DNA from: Deltaproteobacteria bacterium
Lineage (GTDB): Bacteria; Desulfobacterota; Binatia; Binatales; Binataceae
Reading direction: 5' to 3'
DNA length: 64,000 nt
Assembly (NCBI GenBank): GCA_019237115.1
Contig: JAFAHS010000411.1
Span: 2,855 to 66,854 of the forward strand
Under the pieces are notes generated by a model. It was not told the DNA's origin, did no database searches, and was given only the letters and a program-made list of their open reading frames with translations. The position numbers were made by a program, and so were the translations under genes. Positions 17,488-27,431 of the stretch are shown here, piece by piece; positions within the stretch are counted from its first letter, which is position 1; each line of letters starts with the position of its first letter.

Positions 17488-20400
17488 TTAGGTAACGAAG
17501 AAGATTCCGGCCTCAAGTCCGAAGCGTAGAAATTCGCTCAAACTGCCGCGCAGATTGTCTTCGCGCTGCGGCTGTTTCAGGAAATCGAAGGAGCCCATCT
17601 CGGAGCCGTCCTCCGCGCCCGTGCGGATTTCCGCAGCGCAGCTCCGACTGAGCTGCGCATAGCCGGGCTGACCGTAGGTGAGCGCCGTAAAGGTCGGCGT
17701 CAGGCGCGCCTGAATGGCCGCCTCATCCGGAGTCGCCGCCTTCAGCGCGAGGTCGGGCTGCGAACGATAGCGGCGCGGGGTCCGCGACCCGGGCGCAACG
17801 TAGCTGAAGCGTACGCATCCGGTCTGCCGCCGTTCGACGAATACCGGCGCGGTGAAGATGCTGTTGCCGGCCGCGAGTGTCCGCACGCCGCTTGCCGCCG
17901 AGGATCCGATCGCGCCGATCACGGTGCTGGTCTGGATCGAGGCATCGGCCGCGGGTGCCGCGATCCCGATGGCTTTCCCGGCGGCGTCGACGATGCTGTC
18001 GACCAGCGTCAGTTGCGCGGCCTCATCGAGCGACAGCGGCCCGCAAATGCTGCGGATCAGCGTGACCTGCAGGGAAGGATTGTCGTCGATCACGATAACG
18101 GTGAACTGGCGGCTGCTCGCAACGCCCGCCGCATCGGTGACCGTCACGGTCGGATTGAAGGTCCCCGGAGCGGCCGGCTCGCCGGTGATTACGCCCTGGC
18201 CCGATAGCGTCACACCAGGTGGCAGAGCGCCCGTGCTCACCGCCCATCGAAACGGCGCCACGCCGCCGCTCACCGCGAGCGCCACGTTGTAGCTCGATCC
18301 GGCCACGCCTGTCGGCAATGCTGGAGGCGTGCTGATAACAGGGGTTGATGCGACGGTAAACTGAAACGCCTGCCTGACCGTAACCGAATTGTGGTCACTG
18401 CACTGGACTGTAACGGTAGCGGCGCCGGTCGCGGTGGGTGTGCCGCGAATCGATCCGTCCGGCGCCAACGTCAGTGGCGCCGGCAGGGTTCCCGCCGCCA
18501 ATGAAAAAGCATAGGGCGGCGTGCCGCCGGCAGCCGTGACCGCCACCGAGTAGGGCACGTTGATTTCAGCCGTCGGCAGCGCCGTGGTCGTAATCGCCAA
18601 CGCCGGCGTGATAATCAGCGAAAAGCTCGCGGTCGCAGAGGCTCCGGCGGCATCTTTCACCTGCACCGTAAATTGGCTGGAGGCGGCGTTTGACGGCGTA
18701 CCCGCGACAACCCCGGACGCGGACAAGCTCAGGCCCGGTGGCAGGCTGCCGCTTGTTAGCGACCAGACGAGCGGCAGCGTTCCTCCCGTGGCCGCGAGCG
18801 ATACTGAATACGGGACCTCGGCCGTGCCGCCGGGCAGTGCCTGCGCCGCAGTGATTGCCAGCGGCGGAGCGATCGTCAGGCTGAACTGTTGGGTCGCCGC
18901 AATCGACGAACTGTCCTTCACCTGCGCCGCAAAGCTGAAAGCGCCCGCAGCCGTCGGATTGCCGCTTACGCGCCCTGTGGCAGAATCGAGCGTCAAGCCG
19001 GGCGGCAGCGCACCGGAGGCCACGCTCCACGCAAAGGGAGCCGTGCCGCCCGCTACCACGGGGTTTTGCGAATAGGCCGCGCCTTGGGTTCCACCCGCGA
19101 GTGCGGTTGCAGCGATCACAGGGGTGGCTGCGACAACGATCGTGAACGCCTTGGTCGCCGTCGCAGACGCGCTGTCGGTAATCTGGGCCGTAAAGGCAAA
19201 CGAACCGGCGCTGGTCGGCGTACCCGCGACGTTGCCGGTTGCCGGATCGAGTTGCAGGCCCGCGGGCAAAGTGCCTCCGCTGACGGACCACGTAACCGGC
19301 GGCGCCGCGCCCGAGGCCGCAAGCGTCTCGGCGTAGGTCGCGCCGACCGTCACCGCCGGCATCGCGGCGGTCGTGATCGTGAGTCCCGAGACGATCGCGA
19401 TCGTGAACTGGCGGGTCGCGGGGGCGCTCGCCGCGCTGTCGGCCAATTGCACGGTAAAGGAAAACGATCCCACTGTCCGGGGGGCGCCGCTGATGGCCCC
19501 GGTCGCCGCGGCCAACGCCAATCCAGGGGGCAGCGCTCCCGCCACCAGGGACCACGTGAGCGGCGGCTGGCCGCCCGTCCCGCTCAGGGATTGACTGTAG
19601 GCAACGGTCGGAGCTCCACCGGCAAGCTGCGTCGCAGTGATAACCAGCGGAGGAGGAAGGACCGTCAATGCGAAGGTTCCTGAGCGGGTAGCGCCATTGC
19701 TCTCGGTCACCGTAATCGTAAAGCTCGCGCTGGCGGTGGCCGGCGGCGTCCCGGTGAGAACGCCGCTCGCGCTCAAGCTCAGCCAGGCCGGCAGCCCCAC
19801 CGCCGACCACGAATAGACGCCGCTTCCTCCTGTGGCGGCCAGCGTCTCCGAATAGGCCGAATGCAACGTGGCGGCGGGCAGCGGCGACCCCGTCGCGATT
19901 GCCAGCGCGGGGTTGACCGTAAGGGCGAACGAACCCGTCCGGCTGGCGCCCGCGTCGCCGTTTACCGTGACGTTGAGATTGAAATTGCCCGCCGTTTGCG
20001 GCGTCCCACTCAAGACCCCGGCCGCGCTCATGCTCAGGCCCGGCGGCAGAGCGGTCGCCGACCAGGCAAGGCCAGTGCCGCCCGTGGCCGCGAAGGTCGT
20101 GGAATAAGGCGCGTTCACCGTCGCGCCCGGAAGCGGTGAAGTGGTCGTGATTCGAAGAGTTGGCGGTGGAGGCGGAGGCGGCGGCGACCCGTTCCCGTTG
20201 ACAGGGTGAGGCGCGGGCGCGGGAGTCGCAAACGCGAATGGCGAGCTGGCCTGAGTCGCAAGCGCACCTTGCACTTGGCCGCTCACATGGATCCCGCCGG
20301 CCGACGGCTTCAAGGCGCAGTGAGCCACTTGCAGGCTGCCGAGGTTGCCGGGCTCCACGGTGACCGAGCCGTCGATCAGAAGCCCGTTGAGAATCAACCC

Positions 20401-21891
20401 GCCGGGATTCTGGCTGTTCGGCGCGGCTGTCCCGGTCACCTGCAGGTTGCCCAAGAGATGCGGGCGGATACCTACCGCTTCAAGCGCTTTTTCCGAAGGC
20501 TGGCCTTGGCGTAGGCCCGGCCAGTCCGCCGCCACGATCAGCAAGTCGCTGTTGTCGGGAATAGTGATGGACAGGTCGCCCGCGTAGGTCTGGCTGTCGA
20601 GTACCGCGATAACCCCGAACGTCCCCGGCGCCTGCGCATTCCAACCGGTCGCGGGGTTGGCGATAGCGTCGCTCAGGCTCGCGAAGATCAGGTTGTTGTC
20701 GGCCGCGATCTGCCCGGTTACCGCCACCTGGAAAAGTGGCTGATCTGTGGGAATCGGCGGCATCGAGTCGCCCCGGTCGTAAGGCCCGCCACCCAAATTG
20801 CCGCTGAAGGCGTAGGAGTAACTCACGAGCACCTGCGCCGGGTTCGACGGAATCGACCCCGTCGTGAAGAAGAGCCGCCCCAGCGCTGGATCGACCGAAA
20901 CGCTGATGGGCAAGGTGATCTTCGGCCCGCCCGCAGACGGAGTGTACTGCTCGCTCGCCGGCGGCTGCGGCCAGCTTCCCGGCGGTGACGGCTGATCGCT
21001 GAGGTCGCAGATAACGATCTTTTCGGGCGGCACCGGGGTCCCTGCAACCGTGATTTCGAGCACCGGATGCGCGCCGAAATAGGTGCTCGCGGGCAGCGTC
21101 TTATCGACCAGCGCCTGGCGCAACGCCTCCAGATCGTCGTATAGGGCGCGCCGTCGCAGCGCGCCTTTGACCTGTACTTCGTCCGCAACCCTCTCGTCTG
21201 CGGCCAACGCCTGCGGCTGATTGAAAAGCGGAACGTCGAGGCCCAGCGGGTTGAACCGATAACGGCCGTCGCTGCCGTCAGTAACCGGGCGCGCGGTCGC
21301 CTGCGTGATTGGAAAACTTTCGAGCCGCCAGACGTAGATACCCAAATTGGGCGCGTTGTATTTGCCGCCGGCCTGCTCGACCGGACGTACTTCCACGGTC
21401 CGGCACGTCCGCTCGAAGGGACCGCCCAAAAGCTCCAGGGCGTTGGTGTCGCGCAGATCGGGCGTGACTACACTCGCCGTGCGCTGATGATTCAGATACT
21501 GCGTAATCTCGAGCAGCTCAAAAAATTCGACTACGCGCGCCGACCAGTTCGTGACGTCGTGCGCGAGCCCTTCAAGCATCGCGGCCGTGCCCTTGCTGCG
21601 ACGATACTTCAGCGTATGGGCCACGAAAGGCCGCGCCGTAAAGGCGCCCCCCGCGATCGGCTTAAGCCCCCGCGCGCCCAGCAGGTCGCCGATATACGGC
21701 ACGACCCATTCCTGGCAGGTCTCGATAAACCAGTTTTCGTACAGGCCGGCTATGTCCTCGTCGATCGCGTCGAGCTCGCGCTGGATTATCGCGAGCAGCG
21801 CGCGCAGCGGTTCGCCCAGCGCGCTGTCACGAATCCGATAAACCGCGGGAAGCAGGCTGTAGAGATCCGGCCGGGTGGGCGTGGCGCTCAT
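17488..21891 (-). CDS. giant P2 gpI-like baseplate/tail protein with internal Ig-like repeat array
   Basis: 1467 aa from 'MSATPTRPDLYSLLPAVYRIRDS...WFIETCQEWVVPYIGDLLG' (Tail_P2_I-like). ATGA overlap with the upstream gene. Poly-Pro linker, then 8 repeats. Confidence 0.7.
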   Translation of the reverse strand: MSATPTRPDLYSLLPAVYRIRDSALGEPLRALLAIIQRELDAIDEDIAGLYENWFIETCQEWVVPYIGDLLGARGLKPIAGGAFTARPFVAHTLKYRRSKGTAAMLEGLAHDVTNWSARVVEFFELLEITQYLNHQRTASVVTPDLRDTNALELLGGPFERTCRTVEVRPVEQAGGKYNAPNLGIYVWRLESFPITQATARPVTDGSDGRYRFNPLGLDVPLFNQPQALAADERVADEVQVKGALRRRALYDDLEALRQALVDKTLPASTYFGAHPVLEITVAGTPVPPEKIVICDLSDQPSPPGSWPQPPASEQYTPSAGGPKITLPISVSVDPALGRLFFTTGSIPSNPAQVLVSYSYAFSGNLGGGPYDRGDSMPPIPTDQPLFQVAVTGQIAADNNLIFASLSDAIANPATGWNAQAPGTFGVIAVLDSQTYAGDLSITIPDNSDLLIVAADWPGLRQGQPSEKALEAVGIRPHLLGNLQVTGTAAPNSQNPGGLILNGLLIDGSVTVEPGNLGSLQVAHCALKPSAGGIHVSGQVQGALATQASSPFAFATPAPAPHPVNGNGSPPPPPPPPTLRITTTSPLPGATVNAPYSTTFAATGGTGLAWSATALPPGLSMSAAGVLSGTPQTAGNFNLNVTVNGDAGASRTGSFALTVNPALAIATGSPLPAATLHSAYSETLAATGGSGVYSWSAVGLPAWLSLSASGVLTGTPPATASASFTITVTESNGATRSGTFALTVLPPPLVITATQLAGGAPTVAYSQSLSGTGGQPPLTWSLVAGALPPGLALAAATGAISGAPRTVGSFSFTVQLADSAASAPATRQFTIAIVSGLTITTAAMPAVTVGATYAETLAASGAAPPVTWSVSGGTLPAGLQLDPATGNVAGTPTSAGSFAFTAQITDSASATATKAFTIVVAATPVIAATALAGGTQGAAYSQNPVVAGGTAPFAWSVASGALPPGLTLDSATGRVSGNPTAAGAFSFAAQVKDSSSIAATQQFSLTIAPPLAITAAQALPGGTAEVPYSVSLAATGGTLPLVWSLTSGSLPPGLSLSASGVVAGTPSNAASSQFTVQVKDAAGASATASFSLIITPALAITTTALPTAEINVPYSVAVTAAGGTPPYAFSLAAGTLPAPLTLAPDGSIRGTPTATGAATVTVQCSDHNSVTVRQAFQFTVASTPVISTPPALPTGVAGSSYNVALAVSGGVAPFRWAVSTGALPPGVTLSGQGVITGEPAAPGTFNPTVTVTDAAGVASSRQFTVIVIDDNPSLQVTLIRSICGPLSLDEAAQLTLVDSIVDAAGKAIGIAAPAADASIQTSTVIGAIGSSAASGVRTLAAGNSIFTAPVFVERRQTGCVRFSYVAPGSRTPRRYRSQPDLALKAATPDEAAIQARLTPTFTALTYGQPGYAQLSRSCAAEIRTGAEDGSEMGSFDFLKQPQREDNLRGSLSEFLRFGLEAGIFFVT
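18088..20157 (-). repeat. eight in-frame tandem repeats of about 86 aa, He_PIG / dystroglycan-type Ig-like
   Basis: Each unit carries '(L/V).I(T/A)...LP.......Y...(L/V).A.GG..P..W(S/A)......LP.GL.L...G...G.P...G...F...V.D..' I counted units from aa 611 to about aa 1300 of the track ORF. Confidence 0.75.
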
Positions 21892-24800
21892 GGCTGCATC
21901 TCCGACAGCGCGATCCCCGCCGGGTTCACCAGCAGAAGCTCGGCCGGCAGGATGGCGCCTCCGGCCAGGCGCGCGGGCGAGGCGCACAGCATGGGCGGCA
22001 CGCCGCCGAACCGCCTCACTCCGCCAAGGATTGGTAACAGCCCGCCCTCGAACCGCCCGACGCCGCCAATGATCGGAAACAGCGCGGTCAAGTCGGTTGC
22101 GATCACGCCCGCAACCGATTGAATGACGTTGATAACTTCGGCCGCAGTCACCGGCTGAGCGAAAGCGCGCGCGTCAAACGAGAAGGCGTTCTGCAACGCC
22201 GTCTGTGCCGCCTGGAGCACATCAGCGGCGACAAAGCGCGGCTGGTCGACCAGCACGCTGGCGCTGATATCGAAAAAACGCGCCTGGTAGTTGGCCGCCA
22301 GCACCTGCTGCACCGGATCTTTCGCCAGGCCGATGGCGCCGATCAGGCTGGCGTAGAGCGCCGATTCCGGGTCGACCGCTGCGCCGTTGACGCCCGCGAT
22401 CGTCAAGTGAACCAGGTATCGGCCGCCGCTCAAGAGCGCCGCGGCCTGAGCCTTGCCGATACCGGCGAAAGCGCGCGCGAAATTCTCATAGTCGTCGAGC
22501 GCTACGATTCGGTCGAGCGTCAGCACCTTGAGCGGCGCGTTCTGACGCGCGCGATCAAGGACTTCCGGCCCCGCCCCGCCACTCGCCGCCAGCGGATTGG
22601 TCACCGATCGGATGCCGGGCGGGCGCGTTTGCAGGATGGTGAGCGCACCCGCGTCGACGTTGCCGTCCACACCGATTCCCGTCCGATACGTCGCCGCCAC
22701 GTTCTGATTGCCGCTGGGCAGGCGCGCGCCGGTCACGCCGTCGCCGAACGTGACGGTCGTCGTACCATCATCTTCGAGCCGGACGATGTAGTCCTGATCG
22801 GTCGGGGCGGCACCGAAAAGCGCCGGCACTTCCTGCCACTCCAGGTCGTTGACGCGGACTTCCAGAGTGCTTGCGGCGCCGCTTGGAGTCGCGGCCGCCA
22901 CGTATGTGAGCGGCGGCCTCTTGAGCGTGAAAACCTGATTGCTCTGCGATGCGTCCCCGCTGCCGAGAACCTCCGTAAAGGTCTCGCCGTGCGTCGCCCG
23001 CGCCACGTTGGCGTTGATAATCAGCCCCACCTCCTTCGGGGCGCCCGCGGGGCTGCTCCGCACGTAGCTGTTGGCGAGTCCGCCGTCGAACCGAAGCGTC
23101 GTGAACCCCCCAACATGGGTAATTTGCTCAAGCGTCAGAACTTCACTCGCAGTCACCCCCGGCGCATCGCCCGCGGTCCGCGCGCCGGTCAGCGCGACCG
23201 CCTGCCCGACGCTCATTCCGAGGACGAGGCCGTTCAGCATCAGCTCCGTCGTGCCGGCCGCGATATCGTCCGTAATCGGCAGGTCGATCAAGTCCAGCGC
23301 CTCGCTCTGGGCGTAAGCAATTGTGGTTCGCACCAGAAAGGTGGACGCCTTGTCAGCCCCCGTAATTTCGCTGCTGCCATCGATCCGCGTCAGCCGCACG
23401 CCGGTGACGCGACCGCTCAGACCGAAGCCCGCCAGCGCTGCTTCGCTCACCGTGCCGACCCGGAAAACCGCCGGATCGCCGGACGGAAATTCGAGCACGA
23501 TCCAACTGTCGCGCAGGATGCCAGGGACAACCTGCTCCAGATAGAGATCGGCGTTCTGATAGAACTGGTTCGTGATGGAGTCGTTCCAGACCGGCCACCC
23601 GCTGCTGTCCCAGTCATTCGGGTAGAGAAAATTGCCCCCCGGGGCGCCCGCCGGCTTCGGAAAGCCCTCGCCAGCCGGCGCGAGCAGGCTGCTGTAAAAA
23701 GGGGCGTTATTGCCGAAAATGCCCGCGTGCGTGCGCATGGCGAAGATCCCTGGATCGGGCGCCGGTAGCACCGCCGAAGGATTGGGTGGCGGTGGGGTCG
23801 GCGGTGGAGTGGCCGTCGCGAAGGGCGCCAGCGCGACCAGCTTATCGCGGTCCCAGTCGTTCATCGTCACGAAGGCGTTGAGGTCGCTCTCGCTAATGCT
23901 TCCCGCCAGGATTGCGCTCGTGTTGGCCAGGTTGAACGCCGCCGGCTCCGGAAAAAGCACCGGCGTTGGAAACTTGACGGGCGTGAATGGCGGCGGCTCC
24001 GGGCTCTGCCCAAGATCCTCGCGCAGATCCACTCGGGTCCGATTCAAATTCGCCTGCGCCTCGACTCCGCGAACGATCATCAGCTTGGTCTGCACCGTCG
24101 GCGAATTGTTATCGTTCCGTCCCACCAGCAGCAGCCGGTCGCCCTTCTGCAGATTGGTCGCGATACCGGTGAAGTAGATCGAGCCATCAATGCGAATCGC
24201 CGGAACGGGGTCCGGAATGGTTTCGCTGGACAGCGGATAGACCTGTGCCTGCGCAGCCGATATCAGCACACCCGACCCGGCGGGGAAGCCTGCGCTGGTG
24301 CCGAGTAGATAGAGCCTGAGGCCGCTGGGCTCCGGATCGTCTTTGTCGAACAGATGTTGGGGATCGAAGACCAGCGCAAGGTCCTGCGGCCGGGTGAGAC
24401 GCGGGCGCAGGGCGTTGCGCGATGCGAACGCCTGAAGGTCCTCGATCGTCTCAAACGTCTGCGGCAGCTTGCCCTGCGCGGGAACGTTCTGAACCTTGAC
24501 CCCCCTGGAGACGGCGACCGTCGCCGGCGCACCCGGACTGTCATCCGCGGTGAATGCCAGGAAGGCGCTGGCCGCCACACCGGGGCTGAGTTCGTAGCCG
24601 ATCGTACGCGCCAGCTCCAAAACCGAGAGCCGTTCGGTTGCCGTCCGCAGGTAGCCTTCGTTGGCGATGCGCTCCTGGTAGAAGGTGAGGACATCGGCCA
24701 CTACCGCCCATGCATCCAACAGTGCGATGACGGGGTCGTCAGCCGCGCGCGTCGTGAGCGCCGCCAGCGGGCGCGAGCCCTGATTCGCACCGTCGGGAAT

Positions 24801-24965
24801 GGCGATTGCGTGAAGCTGCGCGATCATATCGCGCAGGAAGGTCGGGTAGGTCCCGATCCGATACGCCAGCGCGGCAAGCCCCGGACGGTTGAACGGCGCG
24901 CTCGGCAGCGGCGTGGAAACGCAACAGCCGCAAGCATTGAGCTTGGGTGTCGGCCCGTTGCTCAC
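21888..24965 (-). CDS. baseplate wedge protein, Baseplate_J-like paralogue 2 (Afp12/gp7-like position)
   Basis: 1025 aa. N-terminus 'NACGCC...FNRPGLAALAYRIGTYPTFLRDMIAQL'. 'TFGDGVTGARLPSG.QNVAATYRTGIG..GNV' and 'NPLAASGGAGPE' are J-like blocks. Confidence 0.65.
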   Translation of the reverse strand: MSNGPTPKLNACGCCVSTPLPSAPFNRPGLAALAYRIGTYPTFLRDMIAQLHAIAIPDGANQGSRPLAALTTRAADDPVIALLDAWAVVADVLTFYQERIANEGYLRTATERLSVLELARTIGYELSPGVAASAFLAFTADDSPGAPATVAVSRGVKVQNVPAQGKLPQTFETIEDLQAFASRNALRPRLTRPQDLALVFDPQHLFDKDDPEPSGLRLYLLGTSAGFPAGSGVLISAAQAQVYPLSSETIPDPVPAIRIDGSIYFTGIATNLQKGDRLLLVGRNDNNSPTVQTKLMIVRGVEAQANLNRTRVDLREDLGQSPEPPPFTPVKFPTPVLFPEPAAFNLANTSAILAGSISESDLNAFVTMNDWDRDKLVALAPFATATPPPTPPPPNPSAVLPAPDPGIFAMRTHAGIFGNNAPFYSSLLAPAGEGFPKPAGAPGGNFLYPNDWDSSGWPVWNDSITNQFYQNADLYLEQVVPGILRDSWIVLEFPSGDPAVFRVGTVSEAALAGFGLSGRVTGVRLTRIDGSSEITGADKASTFLVRTTIAYAQSEALDLIDLPITDDIAAGTTELMLNGLVLGMSVGQAVALTGARTAGDAPGVTASEVLTLEQITHVGGFTTLRFDGGLANSYVRSSPAGAPKEVGLIINANVARATHGETFTEVLGSGDASQSNQVFTLKRPPLTYVAAATPSGAASTLEVRVNDLEWQEVPALFGAAPTDQDYIVRLEDDGTTTVTFGDGVTGARLPSGNQNVAATYRTGIGVDGNVDAGALTILQTRPPGIRSVTNPLAASGGAGPEVLDRARQNAPLKVLTLDRIVALDDYENFARAFAGIGKAQAAALLSGGRYLVHLTIAGVNGAAVDPESALYASLIGAIGLAKDPVQQVLAANYQARFFDISASVLVDQPRFVAADVLQAAQTALQNAFSFDARAFAQPVTAAEVINVIQSVAGVIATDLTALFPIIGGVGRFEGGLLPILGGVRRFGGVPPMLCASPARLAGGAILPAELLLVNPAGIALSEMQP

Positions 24966-27430
24966 GCGCCACCCTCCATGAAGAACTCGAGCCGCCCGTT
25001 TTCGGCCTCGTTGGGATCATTGTCCAGGCGTGCGATCTCAAGCCGGGCCATCTCGATTCGCCCGGCCAGCAGCTCGCCGTGCGGTGTCTCGCCGAAGCGT
25101 TGAAAGCGATTGGGCGCGTAGGCGGTGGTATCCAACCAAAGCACGCCCGGCACTTGCATCGCCGCGGCCACGATCCGGCTCAAATAGACCGGCTGGCCGA
25201 AAGTGAAGTTGTCAGGATGGAAAAAGCCGCGGCGGCCGTCGGGCAGGTCGCGATTGCTGAAGGTTTCCAGCAACGCCTCTTCGACATCGCCCTGGAAGTA
25301 GGCCGGCGCGACGTACACGGTGAAGGCAATATCCAGCGGCGCGAAAATCGGCGCCTCCACTTCCAGGTCGAAGCCGGCCAGACGCAGCGGCTCCAGAAAG
25401 TCGCGGATTGTGGCGCGAAAAGCATCATTCACCGGCTGGCCCCCGCGGCGCTGCACCGTGACGAACATCGTGTGCCAAGTGCCGGTGAAGCGCAGCGTCG
25501 CTTCGGCCTTCTCCACTTCCGGATGGCGGCCGGCGGCATCCGCGTAGTCTTGCTCCGTTACCGCGCGTTGCTGCGTACGGAAGGCCTGTGGCGCATTGAG
25601 GCGCACCTCGTCGTCCGGCTCGGGATCGATGCCGCCCTGGCTCGGGAGCGGATTCCGGACATTCTTGATCCCGCTAACGTTGGTGACGACGTGCGCGATC
25701 GCTTCGGCGCCGACGTGCCCGGCGCTGCCGTTTCCGATGCGATAATTCGCAGTGAAACCGGCATTCGGTGCCGCGCCTAAAATTCCGTCACCAAACCGCA
25801 AGGTCGCCGTGCCGTCATCCTCGGTTTCCACCACGAAATTGAGGTCGAAAGGCCCGGCGCTGAGCAGATCGCGCAGTGGCGTCCACTTCACCTGGTTGGT
25901 GTCCGACAAAATCACCGCCGGCGCCGCCGCGCGCGGATCCTGCACGACCGCCGCTGACGCCGCCCGCGCGCTATCGAACGGAGTGGCGAACGTGATCCCG
26001 GTGTTTTGCAGGCGGGGGCGGAACCTTCCTGGCGTGAACTCCATTGTCTCGCCTGCGACAGTCGCGCCGTGATCCGCCAGCACCAGGTTGGCGCGCGCGA
26101 CGCTTACCGCCAACTTCAGCCCCGAACTCGTGGTCGTCGACAGACAGAGTGGAAACGGCAAGGCGTCCTCCGCGCCCCACCCGATCTCCACCACCGCAGT
26201 ATTGTTCAGAGGGTCGGTACTCGGCTTGGGCGGTGCGGTTAGACGCACGACCCAGCGATGCGCCGGGTCGGCATCCGCCGCGGCCCCGGTGGCCGGGCCG
26301 ATGACCTCCTCGAACAGCACCGCATCTCCAACCGCTAGTTGAATCGGCCCGCCGTCACCTTGGCTCAGCAAAGTAGCCTCGGTAGCGCCCTTGGGCAGAC
26401 AGCAGGAATCGTCGCCCCAGGTGTAAAACTGCATCTGGTTATTCGCCGCGTGCAGGGTAACATCGTGGAGGGTCTCAAAAACCACCGCCCCCTGCGTCGA
26501 AGCTGTCTGCACCTGGTCGAGGGGGAAAGCGCCGCGCGGCGCGTTCACCTGGGTTAGCATCTGGGTTTTCCTGCCGGCCGAGGGTCCCGGCAGGGTGAGT
26601 CCATCGGCGCTGCTGCCGGATGCGACCTCGATATGAACCCACGCCCGAGCGTTCACGCCGTCATGCATCGCGTAGTCCAGCAGGCGCACATGACGCCGCA
26701 CCGATGTGCGTCTGCGTGCAGTGCCGAGGTAAGCTTCCGTCGCGACCGCGTCCTGGTAATAACTCAGGTGGTCACCGGCGTAGGCAAGTAGTTCAACCAG
26801 CGCGACTCCGAGATCGGCCGGGTTCTGTTCCTGCCAAGCGGGCATCGTGACCGACATGCGGTCCAGCATCAGCGTGCGGAAGCTGGAATAGTCTTTGGCG
26901 AGATAATCGATCGGCGGCGCGGCGGGGATGCTCTCCGGCGGACAGACCGCCGTCGGCTGGCAATCGAAATCGCTAGGGCACTCAACCTTGAAAGAAAAAT
27001 CGAGCGCCGCAAACTGCACATCAAAGTTGGACGGCGGCTCGGCGTCCGTAGGGGAGCTAACCACACGCAGCGTGTAAGTGGAAAAATCCCCCGCCGAATC
27101 GGTGCGGACTACCAGTATATGATCCGCGTTCGGAAGGCTCGCAAAAAAAGCCCGCTCAGCCGCGTTCGCCGGCGGGGCGGGCACTGACGACGCCGGGAAG
27201 ATCCAAACGGCGTTGACGGGGCTCACGCGCGTGCCGCCCTCGATGCGCAGGTTTTGCACCGTCAGAGCCGACGCCGGTTGGAACAGATGGACCAGCAGCG
27301 TCTGTTGTGGCGGGCTGCCCGCGGGCGCCTGCTGATCCAGCACGTCCAGAAAATCGAGGCCATTTAGCGCCGGATTGGCCAGGACCGCCTGACGCCGCCT
27401 GCGATTCTCGCAGATATACTGCGCCGGCAT
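24962..27430 (-). CDS. baseplate wedge protein, Baseplate_J-like (Afp11/gp6-like)
   Basis: 822 aa. 'LRFGDGILGAAPNAGFTANYRIGNGSAGHVGAEAI' and 'NPLPSQGGIDPEPDDEVRLNAPQAFRTQQRAVTEQDY'. Confidence 0.75.
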   Translation of the reverse strand: MPAQYICENRRRRQAVLANPALNGLDFLDVLDQQAPAGSPPQQTLLVHLFQPASALTVQNLRIEGGTRVSPVNAVWIFPASSVPAPPANAAERAFFASLPNADHILVVRTDSAGDFSTYTLRVVSSPTDAEPPSNFDVQFAALDFSFKVECPSDFDCQPTAVCPPESIPAAPPIDYLAKDYSSFRTLMLDRMSVTMPAWQEQNPADLGVALVELLAYAGDHLSYYQDAVATEAYLGTARRRTSVRRHVRLLDYAMHDGVNARAWVHIEVASGSSADGLTLPGPSAGRKTQMLTQVNAPRGAFPLDQVQTASTQGAVVFETLHDVTLHAANNQMQFYTWGDDSCCLPKGATEATLLSQGDGGPIQLAVGDAVLFEEVIGPATGAAADADPAHRWVVRLTAPPKPSTDPLNNTAVVEIGWGAEDALPFPLCLSTTTSSGLKLAVSVARANLVLADHGATVAGETMEFTPGRFRPRLQNTGITFATPFDSARAASAAVVQDPRAAAPAVILSDTNQVKWTPLRDLLSAGPFDLNFVVETEDDGTATLRFGDGILGAAPNAGFTANYRIGNGSAGHVGAEAIAHVVTNVSGIKNVRNPLPSQGGIDPEPDDEVRLNAPQAFRTQQRAVTEQDYADAAGRHPEVEKAEATLRFTGTWHTMFVTVQRRGGQPVNDAFRATIRDFLEPLRLAGFDLEVEAPIFAPLDIAFTVYVAPAYFQGDVEEALLETFSNRDLPDGRRGFFHPDNFTFGQPVYLSRIVAAAMQVPGVLWLDTTAYAPNRFQRFGETPHGELLAGRIEMARLEIARLDNDPNEAENGRLEFFMEGGA

Positions 27431-27431
27431 C

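Noticed and set aside
18088-20157. Regular repeat array considered as a CRISPR or other non-coding repeat.
   Set aside because: The period is about 258 nt with no short repeat/spacer organisation. It lies entirely in frame within a 1467-aa ORF and encodes Ig-like domains.
14745-23768. Many long alternative-frame or antisense ORFs inside the eCIS genes, for example 22119..23768, 18566..19810, 15663..16439 and 16701..17495.
   Set aside because: Each overlaps a gene with strong family signatures on the minus strand. They are R/G/A/P-rich and lack motifs. High GC suppresses stop codons in the non-coding frames.
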